From Octopus vulgaris (Eukaryota): 64,000 nucleotides of DNA. The stretch spans positions 5,828,001 through 5,892,000 of the forward strand of contig OX597825.1 in the NCBI GenBank assembly GCA_951406725.2, given 5' to 3'. This document shows, piece by piece, positions 41,071 through 55,075 of the stretch. The position numbers and the translations under genes are program-made. Numbering within the stretch: the stretch's first letter is position 1; each line of letters opens with the position of its first letter. Below the pieces are notes generated by a model that was not told where the DNA came from, made no database searches, and was given only the letters and a program-made list of their open reading frames with translations.

Positions 41071-41413
41071 ATCTCTATTTCAACGATAACAGATGTAGTG
41101 TCATATGCCGATGAATCTCCCGATGAATGATACTTCACTTAAGATATCTGCCTTAGCCGTAGGGAAGTCCTATGTAATTGATTATGGAAGAGAGTGAGCG
41201 AATTTCTGACGTCTCCCTCTCTGATGACGTGTACTCAGCTTAAAGACTCCTTACTCTATCACAATCCACATGCTTGACGATACTGGAAACAGTTGTAAGA
41301 GACTCTATATGTTCATATTCTCTAAATTAAAGATTTTTACTAGTGATGCCAAATGTTTAAGTTTTCCACTTTTTATCTTAATCTCTCTGCGTATGCGCGT
41401 GCGTGCGCGCGCG

Positions 41414-41453
<40 letters not shown>

Positions 41454-42019
41454 AACCGTTTTGACTCGGTCACTGATCACCAGTTGAAGGCGATGGTGTT
41501 GGTTGATGGTGGAGGCTTTGACCCACAAAGAATTTATCTAATGTTTTGTTATGGCATTCTCTGTGCCTAATAATGTCCGATGTACCAAATTAAACAGAAT
41601 ATTGGAAATAATTACGTGCCTAAAGTTTAGAGTTCAGTTGTTATTAAGTTTTGGTGGACGGAGTTTTTGTCCTTTTGACCTCGGTTGAAGGAAGTAAAGG
41701 GAAGGGTAGTGAGAAAGAAAGAAAATCATTTTTGTACGGATTCTGGCCTGTTTGGTTACTAGATAACAAAAAGGTTGAGGTCAACAGTTCAAAATTTGGT
41801 TTTGTCAGAACTGGAAATAATTTCTATACAGCCACTGACAAGTCAAAATATTTAAATCGGTCAAATTCGGAAGCACACACACACACGCACGCACACACAC
41901 ACACACACACACACATGCACACACACACACTTTTAACTGGCACTTCGTCGGTTGTAACGACGAGGGTTCAAGGTGATCCGATCAACGGAACAGCTTTCTC
42001 GTAAAATTAACGTAAAATT

Positions 42020-42480
42020 TACTACCCACAAGGGGCTAAAGACAGAGAGGGCAAACAAGGACAGACAAACGGATTAAGTCGATTATATCGACCCCAGTGC
42101 GTAACTGGTACTTAATTTATCGACCCCGAAAGGATGAAAGGCAAAGTCGACCTCGGCGGAATTTGAACTCAGAGCGTAATGGCAGGCGAAATACCGCTAA
42201 GCATTTCGCCCGGCGTGCTAACGATTCTGCCAGATCGCTGTCTTAGTTATCATTAATATTGTTCAGGTGGCAAGTTGCCAAAACCGTTTGTTCGCCGCAC
42301 AAAACATTTAATGGTCAAAATATTTCATCCATCTGAACGTTTTGAGTTCGAATTCGGCCGGGGTCCACTTTGTCTTTCATCCTTTCACAGTTAATAAATT
42401 TAGTACCAGTTGGACACTGGGGTCGATATAATCGACTAAACCTCTCCAGTAAAATTTCAAGTCTTGTGCCTATAGTAAAA
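42020..42480. mobile_element. Head-to-head pair of SINE family A copies
   Basis: Minus copy 42020-42245, degenerate plus copy 42265-42480. Confidence 0.85.
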
Positions 42481-42944
42481 AGGACTATTATTGTAAAGGC
42501 GGGAAGATAAACAGAATTGTTAACGCGTTATTCAAAACACTCAACGACATTTCTTCCGAGGCCTTAATGAGTTTTATGATATCGACTAACGCTCTCTCCT
42601 CGTAATTGCTAATCTTTTCTCTAAATTAGAATTCCAATACATCGAAGTTTCATCTCTGCGCGAAAAATCTGTGAAAATCTGCGTTAAGGGCTTTAAAAAT
42701 CCCGTATAAGATAAGAAACTGGTTGGATTGATTTCGCCAATATATTCTGCTCAGAATAACAGACATCTTGTGGTGTATATCGTTTACTTTTCACAGCGAG
42801 ACTAAAATTGTATGTTTATATACAAAAAAAGGGTGTTCCTTACATTTGAGAGCGTTCGTATGTAGACACGCACACATAATATATACATATATTTGTGTAT
42901 GTCTGTGTATGTGTTTGGGCATGCGTGTGCGAGTATGTCTGTAA

Positions 42945-43009
<65 letters not shown>

Positions 43010-43193
43010 CATGCATATGTGTATATATATATATGCGTGTGTGTGTATGAGCGTGTGTGTGTATATATAATACGTGTGTATGAATGTGTGCATATATATG
43101 TGTATGTTTGTGTGCGTGCGAGTATGTATGTATTTATATATATAAGCATATGTATATATGTATGTATATATATGTAATATGCGCATGTGTGTG

Positions 43194-43232
<39 letters not shown>

Positions 43233-43371
43233 TGTAAGAAGGCGAAGATGATTGTGTTGGCATTGCGATAAAGCCTCCGGAAACTCAATACTTGTAACAA
43301 TTTTAAAACATGGCAGTTTTTCTTACACTCTAGGTTCGTGTGTGTGTGTATGTGTGAGTGTGTGTGTGTAT

Positions 43372-43402
<31 letters not shown>

Positions 43403-44227
43403 AGAGAGAGAGAGGGAGTGAAAGAGTGGGTGTGTTTATATCTGTGTCTATATACGTGTGAGTATTTGTGTGTGCGTGTGTACGTATGTGTGTGCGTGTG
43501 AGGGAGTGTGTGTTGTGTTGTTTTGTGTGTGTTTGTTGTTTGTGTCCGTGTGCGTGTATGTGTGTGTGTTCTGTTTGTGTGCGTGTTATGTGTGTGTGTG
43601 CGTGTGTGTGTGTGTGTGTGCGTGCGTGTGTGTGCGTGTGTGTGCAAGTGAGTGTGTATGTGTGTGTGCTTGTGTGCAAGAGAGTACGTATGTGTGCGCA
43701 TGTGTGTGTGCGTATGTGTGTGCGCGTATGTGTGCGTGCGTGTATGTGTGTGTGTGTGCATATCTCTATATTTATATTTGTGTATGTACGAGTTTGTGTT
43801 TACATGTGTCTTAGTGTATGTTTATTAGTCTGTGTGTGTGTGTGTGAGTGTACTTGCCTCCGTATATACGTGTCCCTCCCTGTAGGTGTGTAAATCTGTG
43901 TATGCATGTGTCTGTATGTTTCCTAGTATGTGTGCGCGCGCGTGAATGTGTATGCATGCGTGTGCTGTGTGAGAGGATTTTTGAATCTATCTCAGCTTGT
44001 GTGTCTGTATGTCTATAACTCAATCTGTGTATGTATATATATATATGTATGTTTGTACGTAGGTATGTGTGTATGTATATACGCATGTATGCATGAATGT
44101 ATGCATGCATGTATATATGAATGATTATAGACATGTATGTATGAATGTATGTATGAATGTATGTGTGTATATATGTGTGAATGCATGTATGTGTGTGTGT
44201 ATGTATGTATGTATGTATGTATGTATG

Positions 44228-44614
44228 TGCAGATTTGTATGTTTTATGTATGTATTCCCATGCATATAGTCGCTTATCTAGACATCCTCAAATATATTTA
44301 AAGGATAAACTTTTGGAAAGTTTTACAGATTTTTACAGTTCCAGTGATGGATTGGATCTGTAAGCCTTCGAATTAGCTTCCTCCTTTCTGGTTTTGAGAA
44401 GCCTAATTTCTCAAGATTGGTATTTAGGCAGTCTGTTACATATCCCAGGGTCCCAATAATTACAAAATATAAACCTGAACTTGCAATCTGGATAGAGTAA
44501 CTGCAGATTTCTCAATAGTTCAGCATAGGTGTTCTCTTTTTCACTGATCTTCAGCATTATGCTAACATCCACTGGGCAGCTAATTTCCACGACTGTGCAC
44601 AGTTTCTCTTCTCT
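44228..44614 (-). mobile_element. 5'-truncated RLE non-LTR retrotransposon embedded in (CATA)n
   Basis: Reverse complement: REEKLCTVVEISCPVDVSIMLKISEKENTYAELLRNLQLLYPD..VIIGTLGYV...LEKLGF..IQSITGTVKICKTFQKFIL*, a short 3'UTR, then (CATA)n. Confidence 0.8.
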
Positions 44615-44979
44615 ATGTATGTACGTATGTATAAATGTATGTATGTATGAATGTATGTATGTATATATATCTTTGTGTGTCGGAGTATGTCCCTATGTGT
44701 CCATGTGTTCCTGTGTGTATGATTTTCTTATACTGTGTGTGTGTTCTTTAGTTTTTGCGATCCTTGATTTGTTTCAACCAACAAACGGCCATGCTAGAAC
44801 TCACGCGCAGGCTTCTTCGAGTTTCATGTCCACACCTGCTTGTGCGTGCGTACGCATGCGTCTGTGCATGTATGATGTCCATACACTGGCGCATATACGT
44901 TTATGTGAATATGTATGTGTATATGTATGTCCGTGGTGTGTGTGGGTACACGAATATATATGTGTGTGTGTGTATGTGC

Positions 44980-45037
<58 letters not shown>

Positions 45038-45039
<2 letters not shown>

Positions 45040-45203
45040 TTGTCTACTCCTTATGCTGGGTTTGGCCACCTCCTGTAGCTACACCGTAGAACCATCATGT
45101 CATCTGATGTGGCTTTTTAAACCAGACAATGTTCTGAAAAGACACCCACATAGATTGCATATCGGATTTGGACCATCAAGAGCTGCAGTTAAGTTCTGAT
45201 CTT
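45038..45203 (-). pseudogene. Second copy of the C2H2-bearing LINE 3' end, ending at (CA)n
   Basis: Reverse complement DQNLTAALDGPNPICNLCGCLFRTLSGLKSHIR*H; aligns with 6866-7008. Confidence 0.75.
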
Positions 45204-45206
45204 ATA

Positions 45207-45372
45207 TACGACGGGCTTCTTTCAGTTTCCGTCGACCAAATCCACTCACAAGGCTTTGGTCGGCCCGAGGCTATAGTAGAAGACACTTGCCCAAGGTGCC
45301 ACGCAGTGGGACTGAACCCAGAAGTATGTGGTTGGGATGCAAGCTTCTTACCACACAGCCATGCATGCGCCT
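45207..45372 (-). mobile_element. SINE family B head
   Basis: ACGACGGGCTTCTTTCAGTTTCCGTC...CTTACCACACAGCCA. Confidence 0.85.
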
Positions 45373-46371
45373 ACATGCATGCATGCATAACACACACGTC
45401 ATATATATAAAGAGAGAGAGAGAGAGAGAGGGGAGGAGGAGAGAGGGGGAAGTGAGAGGGAGAGGGAAAGAGGAGGGGATGGAGAGAGAAAAAGAGATTA
45501 CATGCATACAACCATGATGGGTTGGGTGTGTAAGGGGTGTTTGTGTATAAGCATACCTCCTGTGTGTCTGTTTATATATGCGTTTGAGCATGAAAATGTG
45601 TGTGTGCGTGTTTGTATGTGTGTGTGTATGTGCGTGCGCGCGCGTGCGTGTGTCACCATTCACCGCTCTACCCCCATATGGTGATATGTACCCGAAAGAA
45701 TTTCAAGTTGTCTGAGCTACACACGTTATTTGAATGAACTGTTTATTCGGTATACATTCTTCATGTACCCGTTATTGGTGTTACCCTACCACTCAGCCAC
45801 CCGGTTTAAATAGAACACCAGACACAACAGACACACCCAAGAAAACATACGGCTTATCTTTGGAGGGTTTTTTTTTTTCTTCTTCTTTGGATTTACCATT
45901 TTCTTAAAGCATTTAAAACAAGACGTATGACTATATAAAGCGTTGGTAGCGGCGGCAACGATGGCGACGCCGAGGAGGAAGAGGAGGAGAAAGGAGGAGG
46001 AGGAGGAGGAGGAGGAGGAGGAGGTGAGAAGGATGAAGAGAAGGAGCAAGGAGGAGGAGGATGAAGAGAAGGAGCAAGGAGGAGGAGGAGGAAGGCGAGG
46101 ATGATAGTAATTATGGTAATGATGATGGTGATGTTGATGATGATGATGATGATGGTGCTGATACAATTATGCTGATAAAATGCCGAACGGAATACTTCGT
46201 TGGGCTCGTTCGTTTTTGTTTTGTTTTTGGCTTTTTGTGTTATTCTTTGTTTGTTTGTTTTTTGCTATTCTGTATTCTGAGTTAAACATCGTTGTATATC
46301 ATTCTGGAGGTTCAGTAAAAAAAGTAAAAAAAAAAAGAAAAAAGTACCAACAAAGTCCTGGGGTAATTTAA

Positions 46372-46961
46372 CCCATTCGTGCCGAAATTTTTCTAGTGAA
46401 TGAAATTGTCTGAAAATTCACAGAAACTCTTATTTTGACCTAAATAACAGCCGAAAAGAAATTTCATTGAAATATGTCTGATGCAGACTGATTTTTTACT
46501 CCGCCGATTACGACGACGAGGGTCCCAGCTGATACGATCAACGGAACAACTTGCTCGTGAAATTAACGTGCAAATGGCTGAGCATTCCACAGACACGTGT
46601 ACCCTTAACGTAGTTCTCGGGGATAATCAGCGTGACACAGAGAGTGACAAGGCTGACCCTTTGAAATACAAGTACAACTCATTTTTGCCAGCTGAGTGGA
46701 CTGGAGCAACGTGAAATAAAGTGTCTTGCTCAAGGATACAACGCGTCGCCGGGAATCGAACTCACAACCTTACGATCATGAGCCGAATGCCCTAACCACT
46801 TAGCCACGCGCCCTCACTGCAGACTGATACAGACGCGTTAAGAACATGTTTCATTCTTTGAATGAAACAAATCATACACAAATCCCAATTTGTATCAAGT
46901 GTTTGTTTTATACCCTTAATAAATTAAGGGTCAGCTTAAACAGACGATGGGCATGAATGGG
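46372..46961. mobile_element. Non-autonomous piggyBac-like element
   Basis: TTAA|CCCATTCGTGCC ... GGCATGAATGGG|TTAA. Confidence 0.8.
46493..46817 (-). mobile_element. Full-length tRNA-derived SINE nested in the piggyBac, 11-bp TSD
   Basis: Reverse-complement A box TGGCTAAGTGG and B box GTTCGATTCC; TSD TGCAGACTGAT at 46482-46492 and 46818-46828. A 3' fragment of the same family lies at ~41940-42013. Confidence 0.9.
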
Positions 46962-47076
46962 TTAAACATCGACGTATATCTTTATGGGATTCAGTAAAGA
47001 AAAGGCACCTGAGATAATTTAATAGACTGTTTTATCCATTCAAAAATTCGTAGCATTTTTCTTTGTTAGAAATCAT

Positions 47077-47121
<45 letters not shown>

Positions 47122-47224
47122 ATGTATATATGTATATATATATTCTTTTATTCTTTTATTTGTTTCAGTCATTTGACTGCGGCCATGCTGGAGCACCGCC
47201 TTTTAGTCAAGCAAATCGATTGGA

Positions 47225-47578
47225 GGTAGGGACGAGTCGATTAGATCGACCCCAGTATTCAAAAGGTACTTTTTTTTTCTCCCCTGAAAGGATGAAAGAC
47301 GAAGTCGACCTCGGCGGAATTTGAACTCAGAACAGAGCAATGGGTGAAATACCCATTTCTTTACTACCCACAAGGGGCTAAACACAGAGAGGACAAACAA
47401 GGAAGGACAAGGAAGGATTAAGTCGATTATATCGACCCCAGTGCGTAACTGGTACTTAATTTATCGAAAGGATGAAAGGCAAAGTCGACCTCAGCGGATT
47501 TTGAACTCAGAACGTAACGGCAGACGAAATACCGCTAAGCATTTCGCCCATCGAGCTAACGGTTCTGCCAGCTCGCCG
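47225..47578 (-). mobile_element. Nested/tandem SINE family A
   Basis: Two central domains with the tail cassette between them. Confidence 0.85.
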
Positions 47579-48024
47579 GACTTATTCTAATAATTATTAT
47601 TCACAGTGAAATTGTTAAGTAAACTTTACAATACTCCGATAAGTTTACATGTAACTGGGCTGCAACGATCTTTTACATTCTGAAAATATTAAGGCAGACA
47701 TCCTTGGCGTTCTTCCCTCCCTCCTCATCATACTTCTCTTACCAGCAGCCATTGGATATAGTTTTTCTATTTCAAAGACGTTCATTCAGGCATTCGTTTA
47801 CGTCGTACGCACATAATAACAATCTTCTGTTTCTCTCAAAGGCCCCTTGATGAATAATAAAACGCATGCTAATTGTTATTCGTTAATATGAGCAGCGACA
47901 GTTGAAGACAACAATATTAATAAGGTCGTCTGTTCGTGAAAATGCGTGAGAAAAACGAAGAGTTGGGCGAGGCTTGTGTGTTTGTAAGTTTTATTGCTCG
48001 AGGGGAAAATAAGATCTGTGAGCA

Positions 48025-48078
<54 letters not shown>

Positions 48079-48093
48079 CTCTCCCTCTCTCTG

Positions 48094-48126
<33 letters not shown>

Positions 48127-48410
48127 AAATGCAAGGATAAACAATTTTAGGTAAGTCGGTATACAAAAAATATGAAATACATCAAATACAAAAAAATGTA
48201 CATTTGTTTATACATAAAAAGGTCCGACTTAAAAATGAAAAAGCAAAAGGATTTGGCATCCCTCGAAAAAAAGACAATTTAAATAGAGAATACAAATATA
48301 TAGAGTCTCTACAGCTGTTTCTAGAATTGTTAAGCATGTGAATCATCTTATTGAATAAGGTTTCTATCAGCTGAGTATTCCAGCATTGCATCAGTTGACG
48401 AAAACTCCTC

Positions 48411-48459
<49 letters not shown>

Positions 48460-49579
48460 ATGGGCTTCCACGCAGTTTCCATTTACTAAATTTACTCTGA
48501 TGTCTTGGTTGGCCCGTGGCTGAAGTGCCTCGTAGTAGGACTGTACTCAAAACCATGTAATTGCAAAGTGACCTGCTTAATCATAGAGCCATACCTGCGT
48601 CTGTAATCAAAAACCATTCTAACCATAACCATCACGCCTTTTTCTTATGTGCACCCAACCCAGGAACACTCAATCAAACGTGTCCCGTTCTTAGACATCT
48701 GTGGGGTCCTACGGCGCTGAAGCTATTTTGACTGCTATTTCTAGCATGTTTAGGAGACACAATGAGACCCGTCGTCGTTTTCAAACGAGCAGTTACCAAG
48801 TGCAAAGTCGTGTTGGGAACGTGACACATAGAATGCGAATGCTGATTGAAATTTCTTAATAGATCTCAATAGAGATTAAACGAAAGCCCATGTTGAAATA
48901 TGATAATAGTTAGCGGACTGCATGTTAACGTGTATTCATCGACCGTAAAGATACATTAACATAATATTACTTAACATGAATGTATAACAAACGACAATTA
49001 AACTCTGCTGCACTGACATCAGTTCAGCTTTCTCTGATTACCGGATATGGAGCAGAGTAAATGTGAAGTATATATGTAAGTCATTAATTATCCAAGATTA
49101 TGTATGATGACTGATTACAAAAAATATAATGCATGGCAACATGGAGACGATGCTTGGCAACGTAACATACGCAAGAAAATCTGTTGATGTTGAAATCATT
49201 GAAAAGTTCACAGTAGTGTGATGAAAAATTATTTGATAAACTGAAGGGAACTAACAACCCGTGCGTGTGTTTATTAATAGTGTGACCCTCCCAAATTGTA
49301 ACAATAAGTATGAAATAACACTGAGATGATGCTTGATGAGTCAGGCCTGTTCGGTGAGTACGTTTAACATCTACAGTATTGTAAGTGTACTAAGGTGGAA
49401 AGATAATTTATAGATTGGGAGAGAATTAATAGCTTGAAGGAAATTGAACTTTCTTTAATTATTCAGTTGAAAATGTGAAAAATGATTTAAAGGTAGAAGA
49501 CTCTATTGAGTTCTTTTCAAAAGAAAATCAGTTGAAATTGAAATCATCGAAAAGGTTACAGGAGACTCAATAACGCTTT

Positions 49580-49992
49580 CAAATTTTGGCACAAGGCCAG
49601 CAATTCCGGGAGAGGGTTAAGTCGATTAGATCGACCCCAGTGTTCAACTGATACTTATTACATCGACCCCGAAAGGATGAAAGGCAAAGTCGACCTGGGC
49701 GGAATTTGAACACAGGACGTAAATTCGGTCGGAATGCCACTAAGCATGTTTCCCGGCGTGCTAACGATTCTTATTTGTTTATTGCCCACAAGGGGTTAAA
49801 CATAGAGAGGGCAAACAAGGACAGACAAAGGGATTAAGTCGATTACATCAACCCCAGTGCGTAACTGGTACTTAATTTATTGAACCCGAAAGGATGAAAG
49901 GCAAAGTTGACCTCGGCGGAATTTGAACTCAGAACGTAGCGGCAGACGAAATACCGCTAAGCATGTTTCCCGGCGCGCTAACGATTCTGCCC
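49580..49992 (-). mobile_element. Young SINE family A inserted in an older copy
   Basis: 32-bp duplication at 49740-49771 / 49957-49988. Confidence 0.85.
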
Positions 49993-50856
49993 TGTGAATA
50001 AAATTGGCTTAAAATTTTGGCACAAGGCCAGCAGGTTTGATTTTAACAACCCCGAAAGGATGAACGAACCGCGGCAGAATTTGAACTTAGAACTTAAAGA
50101 GCCAGGAGAAATGCCGCAAACCGTTTTGGCAGAAGTTCTTCCGTTTCTGCCAGGCCATCGAATAAGAACAAGAGCCAAACTCTGGTTTGGTAGGATGGTG
50201 TCATTCGATGGGAGTTCTAAGGAAAGATCTATAATTAGATAACGTCTGCGCTCCTTCCATTCGCAAACCCGCCTTCTCCCCTCTTGACCCCCCCCCCGCC
50301 CCACTATGCCTTGGCTGCTACTGTTGCTACTGCTGCTACCGCTGCTACTGCGGCTCCTGATGCTCCTGCTGCCATTGCAGTTGCTTCGTATTATACTATG
50401 CCTAAGAAAAGAAATCGATACCGTAAACCCTAATCGACTTATCACATGATTTGACGCACAGACAGAAATGTGTGTATATGTGTGTGTCTGTGCATGTCTG
50501 CGCGCGCACGTGTGTGCGTGTGTGTGTGTGGGCACGCGCACTTGCGTGTGAGAGCCTATGTGTGTGTGTGTGTGTATGTGTCTAGGATGCTTGAATATAT
50601 GCACGCTAATATATACGCATGCATACATAATAATTACGTAGGTATATGCAGACATGCGTATATGATGCTTCCATGCTTGTATAAACATAACTATAATAGT
50701 ATCTTTTTTTTTTTTGCTGTTTTCTTTTTTTTTGGTGGGGGCGGGGGGAGAAAGCTCAGTCTGAAATATTGATAGAAAATAGTGTGCGTATAGGTATGTA
50801 CATGTGCATGTATGTACGTATGTGTGTGTATGTGTGTGTCTATACACACATACATG

Positions 50857-50953
<97 letters not shown>

Positions 50954-51036
50954 TATATACACGCACATACACACACAAATACTTATGCTAGTATATAATC
51001 TATGCATATATTTGTACACACATACGCACAAATATA

Positions 51037-51240
<204 letters not shown>

Positions 51241-51266
51241 TATACATACATACATAAATACATACA

Positions 51267-51507
<241 letters not shown>

Positions 51508-51725
51508 AATTAACATTTGGTCCCGTATAAACTGTAGCTAATACGTAAAAAAGAGATATTGGTAAGGAAGAACGCGAGACGGAAATGTGGAATATTGATC
51601 GAAGAGTCGTTGATTGTTAGAAAACACACACACACACATACACACACACTTACGCACATACACACACACACGCTCATATGTACTTTATATGCATAATAAA
51701 TGTATCTAATATATATATATACATG

Positions 51726-51784
<59 letters not shown>

Positions 51785-52035
51785 TTATGTATGTATGCAC
51801 GCAAATTAAATGATGCATATACGCATGCGTACGTATATACATACATGCATGCATGTATACATATATACACACATTGCTACCATTTACTATAACTTTCATA
51901 GCATTTCAGCCACTACCTTCCAAGCTTGGTTGTGTGTGTGTGTGCGTGTGTACATATACATATCTACAATGCATGCTTACACACCTACCCATATGCTTAC
52001 ATATAGCTAGATATTATATATACATCTAGACATAA

Positions 52036-52072
<37 letters not shown>

Positions 52073-52247
52073 CACATATCTATATATACATATATAGATA
52101 TAAACACCCATATAAACGGTCTGTTGAGAGCGACTCGTAACCAAAGATTAGGTCAGCTGAATATTATTGAAATGCGTGTACATCGTGGACGTTGGATACC
52201 ATATCTATGTTCTACTGATTATTATTATTATTATTATTATTATTATA

Positions 52248-52289
<42 letters not shown>

Positions 52290-52294
52290 TTTAA

Positions 52295-52505
52295 GGGAAC
52301 GTGCTGGCAGAAACGTTAGCACGCTGGGCGAAATGCTTAGCGGTATTTCGTCTGCCGCAACGTTCTGAGTTCAAATTCCGCCGAGGTCGACTTTGCCTTT
52401 CATCCTTTCGGGGTCAATGAAATAAGTACCTGTTGAATACTGGAATCCGTGTAATCGACTCATCCCTTCCTCCCAAATTACTGCCCTTGTGGCAAAATTT
52501 GAAAC
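52295..52505 (+). mobile_element. SINE family A between (TTA)n tracts
   Basis: GCTGGCAGAAACGTTAGCACG...CTTTCATCCTTTCGGGGTC. Confidence 0.85.
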
Positions 52506-52507
52506 CC

Positions 52508-52541
<34 letters not shown>

Positions 52542-52811
52542 TACTACTACTACCAGTAGTAGTAGTAGTGTGAGTCACAATCTATTATTTGTGACCCTAT
52601 CTCATCGTTCTTTGTCCGTAATTGAGAACACAATCCAGTTCATAGATTAACTTTTCCTACAAATGGAGTTAAATTCATCATTGCAAACATAAGAGACTTT
52701 CTTAATACAGTTCTAACGTTAAGTAACAGTTAACCACGACCAATTGTTCTCATATTATTATTTCTTTATATGAAGTTAGGCAAACGAATTTTGTCGTTTA
52801 AAAAGATGCAA

Positions 52812-53021
52812 ACCATCGGCCACGTTGTTTGTTAGTCGTGTATCGTAGTAGCTCGGATGTCAACAATATCCCAAACATAAAGCAGAATGCAAGATTTCAG
52901 CGCTGTGTTAAGCCTTTTGTTACCAAGATTCGAACCATCGGCTTCGTGGTTGTTAGTCTTCTATCGTATTCGCTCGGATGTCAACAATATCCCAAATATA
53001 AAGCAGAATGCAAGATTTTAG
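52812..53021. repeat. Diverged tandem duplication, ~120-bp period
   Basis: GCTCGGATGTCAACAATATCCCAAA.ATAAAGCAGAATGCAAGATTT occurs twice. Confidence 0.85.
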
Positions 53022-53159
53022 TTATGAATTAACTGTTGCCGTACACTGTCAATGATTCGATTAATTTTGAAGTTCACGAAGAGCTTAGTAACATAACTTT
53101 GTTGTTAAATTACTATTTTTAAATCTACACAACGAGAGGTTTTCAGCAACAGTCCTTTG

Positions 53160-53384
53160 TGCCAACATAACATGCCAGTCCTGGTTTAGGACGAATATTG
53201 CTGTAATTTAGCCCCAGGAGACATCGTCTCCAGCTGGCTATACGACACAATCTGTGTCCTTATATTTTCGAACAAGGGAATCTAGCACCCCCACCCAGCT
53301 CAAAACAATATCTGTTTATCGCGATTTCCGGGCTAAATTACAGTAACATTCGTCCTAAACCAGGACTGCCATGTTATGTTGGCA
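53160..53384. mobile_element. MITE-like element with ~55-bp TIRs, superfamily unassigned
   Basis: TGCCAACATAACATG.CAGTCCTGGTTTAGGACGAAT.TT.CTGTAATTTAGCCC inverted at both ends; no clear TSD. Confidence 0.7.
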
Positions 53385-53993
53385 AACAATCTATATTCCA
53401 ACTTTGTTATTGTTAAGCTGATGTGTGGAACCTAACTAAACATGAAATTTGGCTGGAAAATTTAGATTTAGGTAACTTTAAGACTAGGAATTTGCATCAT
53501 AGAACTGCAGACAATCTTAGCTAGTGCGCCGCGTGTTTTCAAAGGCGTTGCTCCAGCATGGCCACAGTCAAATGACTGAAACAAGTAAAAATGTAAAGAG
53601 TAAAGAGTATTAGTTTGCGTAGACCCACTCAAATGACCGAAACAAATATAAGAATAAAAGAATACTACAAAAAAAATAATAAATAAACATTTTTAGCAAC
53701 AAAACTCAAACATGTATAGACTAAAACATTTTTTCTGCACAACTTATTTTTCCTGGTCCCCTTCCATCATTCTCACTTTTGTTAGATGGGTTTATATAAA
53801 TTACATACGGCAAACTCACCCTAAGAATATCTAAACCAATTTATGTCAGTTGAGTTATGATACGAGAACATTTATTCTGCGAAAACGTCTTTAGGTTTTT
53901 TTATTTCTCATACACATAAACCCATAGAACAAAATTACTCTTCATTTATGTATAAAGGTTAAACTTTTTTAATTACACCATGTATGTGACACC

Positions 53994-54076
<83 letters not shown>

Positions 54077-54742
54077 AACATAAGAAAATGTTGTTGCATT
54101 TTCGACGTTTTCTCAATATTTTTCATATATGTATATATGTATGTATGTATGTATGTGTGTATGTATGTATGTGTGTGTGTGTGTATTATGTATGTATGTA
54201 TGTATGTATGTATGTATGTATGTATTATGTATGTATGTATGTATGTATGTATGTATGTATGTATGTATGTATGTATGTATGTATGTATGTATGTATGTAT
54301 GTATGTTTGCATGTTTGTATGAAATAGGCGACAAGAGGCAAGATAGCGTTTCTCATTATAAAAACACACGAAGGAAAGCAAACTGAAACGACTACGAAAA
54401 CTTGGCGAGCCTATAGTACTCGTCAATGTGATGGTCATCTGGTGGTCATTCATCGACCAGACGATGGAAGGAAGAAGGGACAGCAGTCGCCTCAGAGTTT
54501 TTGAGGGATCTTCGTATAAATTTAACAAATATGGTTGCATCTATTCAAATATATTTAACGCAGCAGGCCCAAGAATCTTTCGCATCGCGATCCGGTTTCA
54601 TGCAAAACAATTCTTCCACAGTCCAGAGGAATCATACACACAGCCAAAGTGAATAATATATAATCTAATTATTATGTATATAATACATATATAATGCAAA
54701 AGCACCCTGCAGATTCTGATATTCAATAAAATAAAAATAAAG

Positions 54743-55075
54743 TTCTGTTGTGTCAGGGGAGAGTCATTCTCTGTTGGTGCCTTATAGTTTATATACACTC
54801 ACCGGTAAAATTTACAATCATTTACTTATTTATTTTTGCTAAAATTTTCGTTGCGTCTTGCAACCTTTTCAGTGGTTTTGAGTCAAAACTATTGAAAAGG
54901 TTGCAAGACGCAACGAAAATTTTAGAAAAATGAAAAAAAGAAAGAAATGGAAATTTTACCGGTTAGTGTGTTAAATTAAAAGGCACCAAAAGAGAATGAC
55001 TCTCCCCAGACACAACAGAATAGGCTTCAACACACGAACTTACATAAAGAATCTTGCAAACCAAATCCAAAAAGG
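54743..55075. mobile_element. Spacerless ~278-bp palindrome plus a one-sided extension; interspersed repeat
   Basis: Arms 54743-54881 / 54883-55020 centred on TTTTGAGTCAAAA; second copy at 410-547. Confidence 0.8.

Noticed and set aside
45932-46030. TATATAAA followed by ATGGCGACG ORF (MATPRRKRRRKEEE)
   Set aside because: The ATG coincides with the expected transcription start, and the ORF runs straight into (GAG)n low-complexity sequence.
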